DNA from: a virus
Direction: 5' to 3' (one strand)
Length of the DNA: 64,000 nt
Virus record (IMG/VR): IMGVR_UViG_3300028920_000056
Span: 1-64,000 of that record
Shown piece by piece: positions 60,999 through 64,000 of the stretch (within the stretch, counting starts at the first letter, position 1; every line of letters begins with the position of its first letter). Made by a program: the position numbers and the translations under genes. The notes under the pieces were generated by a model. The model made no database searches, had not been told where the DNA came from, and saw only the letters and a program-made list of their open reading frames with translations.

Positions 60999-61280
60999 AT
61001 GAGATTTAACGAAGTAAATAGTTCCGAAATGTTATTTTGCACATATACTAATGTAGATATTTTTTCTTACATTATTAATAAATATAAAGGTAGTTGTGAT
61101 TTATTAATAATAAAATTTTGGGATAACATGTCTAAAGTATATGTAGTTAGACTCAGCAGTATTTCTAAAGTAGTTTTTGATAGTAAAAAATATATTTATA
61201 TTAGAACACACAAAATCAATAAAAAAGTTTTATTTCAAAAAATATTTAGTAAAAAATGGAAGTATGTAGATGAGCGATAA
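60999..61280 (+). CDS. small protein, C-terminal IxxIF-tag family
   Basis: KKVLFQKIFSK. Confidence 0.6.
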   Translation: MRFNEVNSSEMLFCTYTNVDIFSYIINKYKGSCDLLIIKFWDNMSKVYVVRLSSISKVVFDSKKYIYIRTHKINKKVLFQKIFSKKWKYVDER

Positions 61281-61782
61281 ATTTGAATTATACGATGATT
61301 TAAATAATTTTGAGATAGATTTATTTAACGAAGTTGATCAAGAAAAAATTAATATTGAAGGCGCACCATTTACTATTTGGAAATTTGATTTGGCAGCAAC
61401 AAAAGAGACTGATGATTCTATACCAGATGATGGCTTAGATCTAAATCTACTATATGGCGAAGCACTTCCTGAAAATTTTGTATATGAAAAAGCGCCACAA
61501 AAATTAAAAGGTAGTTATTTAGAACCTACATGGACTCAAGATTTAATGGCTTTTGGTATTACTGAACCTGAAGAGATAAATATAAAATTTAATAAACAAC
61601 AAGTAATTGATTTACTTGGTAGAACATTTCTTATTGGCGACATTATTAAAACATTTCATGAAAAACATTATATAATAGAAGATACATATGTTAGTGAAGA
61701 AACTGGTATTTGGGAATATATCCATATTAATGTAATAGCAAGAAAAGTAGATGTTTCACAAGTAAATTTGCCCGAGGCTTAA
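61270..61782 (+). CDS. head completion/neck protein (gp14-like)
   Basis: QEKINIEG, LYGEA, LMAFGI, IGDII; located between the gp13-like and gp15-like genes. Confidence 0.75.
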   Translation: MSDKFELYDDLNNFEIDLFNEVDQEKINIEGAPFTIWKFDLAATKETDDSIPDDGLDLNLLYGEALPENFVYEKAPQKLKGSYLEPTWTQDLMAFGITEPEEINIKFNKQQVIDLLGRTFLIGDIIKTFHEKHYIIEDTYVSEETGIWEYIHINVIARKVDVSQVNLPEA

Positions 61783-61783
61783 T

Positions 61784-62259
61784 TTGAAAGATTATATTTA
61801 TCTATATAATGACAAATTAAGAGTACGAACATTTCTTAGATGCACAAAGCATTCTAGAGGTAGATTACAAGTTTTAGATATTTTTATTGATGAAGCTGGT
61901 GTTTTTGAATTTGGAGAAATATTTGTTCCCAATCCAAATATGTTATATGACAAATACAGTTTAGTTCACAGGATATTTAAAGAATAATGAAAGATTTAAA
62001 AATGGCTTAATTTGAAAGAGGTTAGAGTTAAAAAATGAAATTCTTTTATCTTGTAGATGAAACTAAAAAAACAGATATACATTACTTATTTCAAATTGAA
62101 TTGAGTGGTAAAATTGATCCTGATGGTCGCCATGAAGTAAAAATTATAAAAATTATACATTGTGAAGGATTTTACAAATATGAGCCTGGCGAAATTATTC
62201 ATATTAAAAATGCTTTGAATGAGAAAGAATTATTAAGAGAAATATTTAAAAATGGCTGA
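61784..62259 (+). other. two small IxxIF-family genes (61784-61987, 62035-62259)
   Basis: tails YSLVHRIFKE and KELLREIFKN. Confidence 0.6.
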
Positions 62260-62683
62260 ATTTGAAACTACAATAAAACTAGATTTTTCAGATGATAAAT
62301 TAAACACTAAAATAGATAAAATAATAGCAGATTATTTTAAAGGTAAGATGACGCCTGAATTAAATAAAATTTTAAAAAAAGCATTGTTTTTAAAAAGTAA
62401 GCCAGCAAAACAAACTTCGTTGAAAAATTTTAGAAATAAAAATGCTGGACTTTTTACTAAATTGTTGTTAGAAGACATGAAGAATGAAAATGCTATAGTT
62501 ACATATAATGAGGAAGCTGAAAAAGAATCTTTAAGCATTACTGTTGAATTAAGCAAAGAAGAGCAAAAACAGTTTATTAATTATCCAGATGATTTAATAT
62601 TAAAAAAGATAGCAAAACTAGATGATAACGAAAGTAAGAAAAAGTTTAATGTTGCCATCGAAAAAGGAGATTTTGAAGAATAA
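62252..62683 (+). CDS. hypothetical protein
   Basis: 143-aa ORF in neck/tail cluster. Confidence 0.5.
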   Translation: MAEFETTIKLDFSDDKLNTKIDKIIADYFKGKMTPELNKILKKALFLKSKPAKQTSLKNFRNKNAGLFTKLLLEDMKNENAIVTYNEEAEKESLSITVELSKEEQKQFINYPDDLILKKIAKLDDNESKKKFNVAIEKGDFEE

Positions 62684-62762
62684 TGTTAAAAAGAAATATT
62701 GCAACTAAAAATAAATTAAATTATATAGAATTTTTTAGTTTTTGTGAAGAGGAGGTGTTAAA

Positions 62763-63455
62763 ATTTTAACAACGTACCCAATTTTTGCCGAATATCACTT
62801 TTATATTAAGCAGTGGCTAAAAACTATAATGACTTTACCAAGATTAGAAGCAATGAGCCCAGCTCCAGTAATTCCAGTAGTTTATTCTTCACCACGAAGA
62901 GCTTGGGCCACTGGCAGTTCTGCAGTGGCCGGTGGTGATGCTGGGGGAGGAATATTATACGCCCCACCTAGTCAAGGAAATAATTTTTTACCCATTGTGT
63001 TTTTTAATTATACAAATGCTACACCTATTTTAGATAGAACAATTCCTTATGAGCACATTTTCAGAAAAAAAATGCAAGATAATAATAATAGTGTACAATA
63101 CAAGCTTAATAAACCAATGCTTGTATATGAGCTTACATACACTGCATCATTGTATTGTGCGTTAATGCAAGATTGTGATATATTAGTATTTAGGTTTATG
63201 ACTGAATTCAGACCACAATCACATTTATGGATTGGAGATAAAGGCGATGCTGGTGATCGAACTAAAGGATTATATGCACATATGGTATTAGATAGTGTAA
63301 CTGATGCAACTGAATATGAGCCTGGAGATATAGGAGAAAGAGTGGTAAGAAAAGATTTTAGTTGGAAAATCACAGAAGCTTATGTTCCAACTATTCCATA
63401 TCAGATTGACGAAAAGATAATTAGAGATGTATATATTACTATAAATGAAGGATAA
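62763..63455 (+). CDS. tail terminator/sheath stabiliser (gp15-like)
   Basis: IPVVYSSPRRAW, LPIVFF, YELTYTASLY, RVVRKDF, EAYVP; just upstream of the sheath; first ATG at 62829 but the frame opens at an ATT at 62763 behind a strong RBS. Confidence 0.7.
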   Translation: MLTTYPIFAEYHFYIKQWLKTIMTLPRLEAMSPAPVIPVVYSSPRRAWATGSSAVAGGDAGGGILYAPPSQGNNFLPIVFFNYTNATPILDRTIPYEHIFRKKMQDNNNSVQYKLNKPMLVYELTYTASLYCALMQDCDILVFRFMTEFRPQSHLWIGDKGDAGDRTKGLYAHMVLDSVTDATEYEPGDIGERVVRKDFSWKITEAYVPTIPYQIDEKIIRDVYITINEG

Positions 63456-63458
63456 TAT

Positions 63459-63650
63459 ATGAAATACTTAATAAAAAATAAAACCAGCAAAAATATAGTA
63501 TTACTAGTTGATGGTTGTACTACTTTTTTGTATCCAAGAGGGAAAAAAAGAGATTTTAAAATAGTGGATGCATTAACACCACAATTAAAAAATTTGAAAA
63601 AGTTAAAATTTATTCAAATTACGAAAATAGACAAAAACAAGGAGGCTTAA
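63459..63650 (+). CDS. small hypothetical protein
   Basis: 63 aa, AAGGA RBS, precedes sheath. Confidence 0.55.
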   Translation: MKYLIKNKTSKNIVLLVDGCTTFLYPRGKKRDFKIVDALTPQLKNLKKLKFIQITKIDKNKEA

Positions 63651-63654
63651 GAAG

Positions 63655-64000
63655 ATGGCTCACAATTTAAAAAGTCCAGGTGTCTCATTAGATATCAAAG
63701 ATAATTCAGAATATGTAGTTGGGTCACAGGGAACAGTAGCCGCAGCTGTTGGATTTGCTGAAAGAGGGCCAATTGGAGAACCAACTCTCATATTATCAGA
63801 AGAAGATTGGATTAATACATTTGGAAATCCAATTGAAGACAATTGTTATTTTGGTATGTTTGCCAAATTATTCTTAGATTATTCTGTAGGATATTTCACT
63901 AGAATTGCAAAAGCAAGTGAATATGAAGCAGTAACAGGTACAGTAGCACCTGATTTTACTGCTTTCCCCGCTGCTGGAGTTATGTGGATTGAATTAGAAG
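63655..64000 (+). CDS. tail sheath protein (gp18-like), 5' part; runs off window
   Basis: MAHNLKSPGVSLDIKDNS...AAAVGFAERGPIGEPTLI...FGNP; GGAGG RBS. Confidence 0.92.
   Translation, partial: MAHNLKSPGVSLDIKDNSEYVVGSQGTVAAAVGFAERGPIGEPTLILSEEDWINTFGNPIEDNCYFGMFAKLFLDYSVGYFTRIAKASEYEAVTGTVAPDFTAFPAAGVMWIELE

Noticed and set aside
2352-63842. Numerous minus-strand ORFs, such as 6598-7200, 38745-39326 and 63660-63842
   Set aside because: They are antisense shadows of well-supported plus-strand genes; only 50470-50844 has its own gap and promoter motif.
1-64000. Stop-codon reassignment
   Set aside because: Core genes are full length in the standard code, and TAA, TAG and TGA all terminate genes.

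Overview
AT-rich, gene-dense, almost entirely + strand segment of a large T4-like contractile-tailed phage read in the standard genetic code. It carries fibre/baseplate-type structural genes (1-8.4 kb) and a gp55-like sigma factor. The head module comprises the large terminase, a portal with a 409-aa HNH-type intein, the prohead protease, a scaffold and the major capsid protein. It also encodes gp13/gp14/gp15-like neck and tail-completion proteins, the start of the tail sheath, thymidylate kinase, a minimal ATP-dependent ligase, Hsp20, two HNH genes and several nucleotidyltransferase-like proteins. The most unusual signal is that the dozens of small ORFs between core genes are not random. They fall into three families, each with a short conserved tag on a variable body: (1) about 30 proteins, including five WG-repeat paralogues, ending in an amphipathic [LI]-I-x-x-[IL]-F helix, plus about 8 with the same helix near the N-terminus; (2) eight tandem genes ending in KLITKLKL(K/R)GL; (3) seven Cys-rich proteins with TKxLLKDxxCxxC. 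This looks like a modular adaptor/docking-tag repertoire under rapid turnover, which is an inference. A stand-alone structured ncRNA candidate (about 47.7-48.0 kb), an AAGATAAWT promoter-like motif and a probable autoregulated ribbon-helix-helix gene were also seen. All annotations come from reading motifs by eye; no database searches were run.
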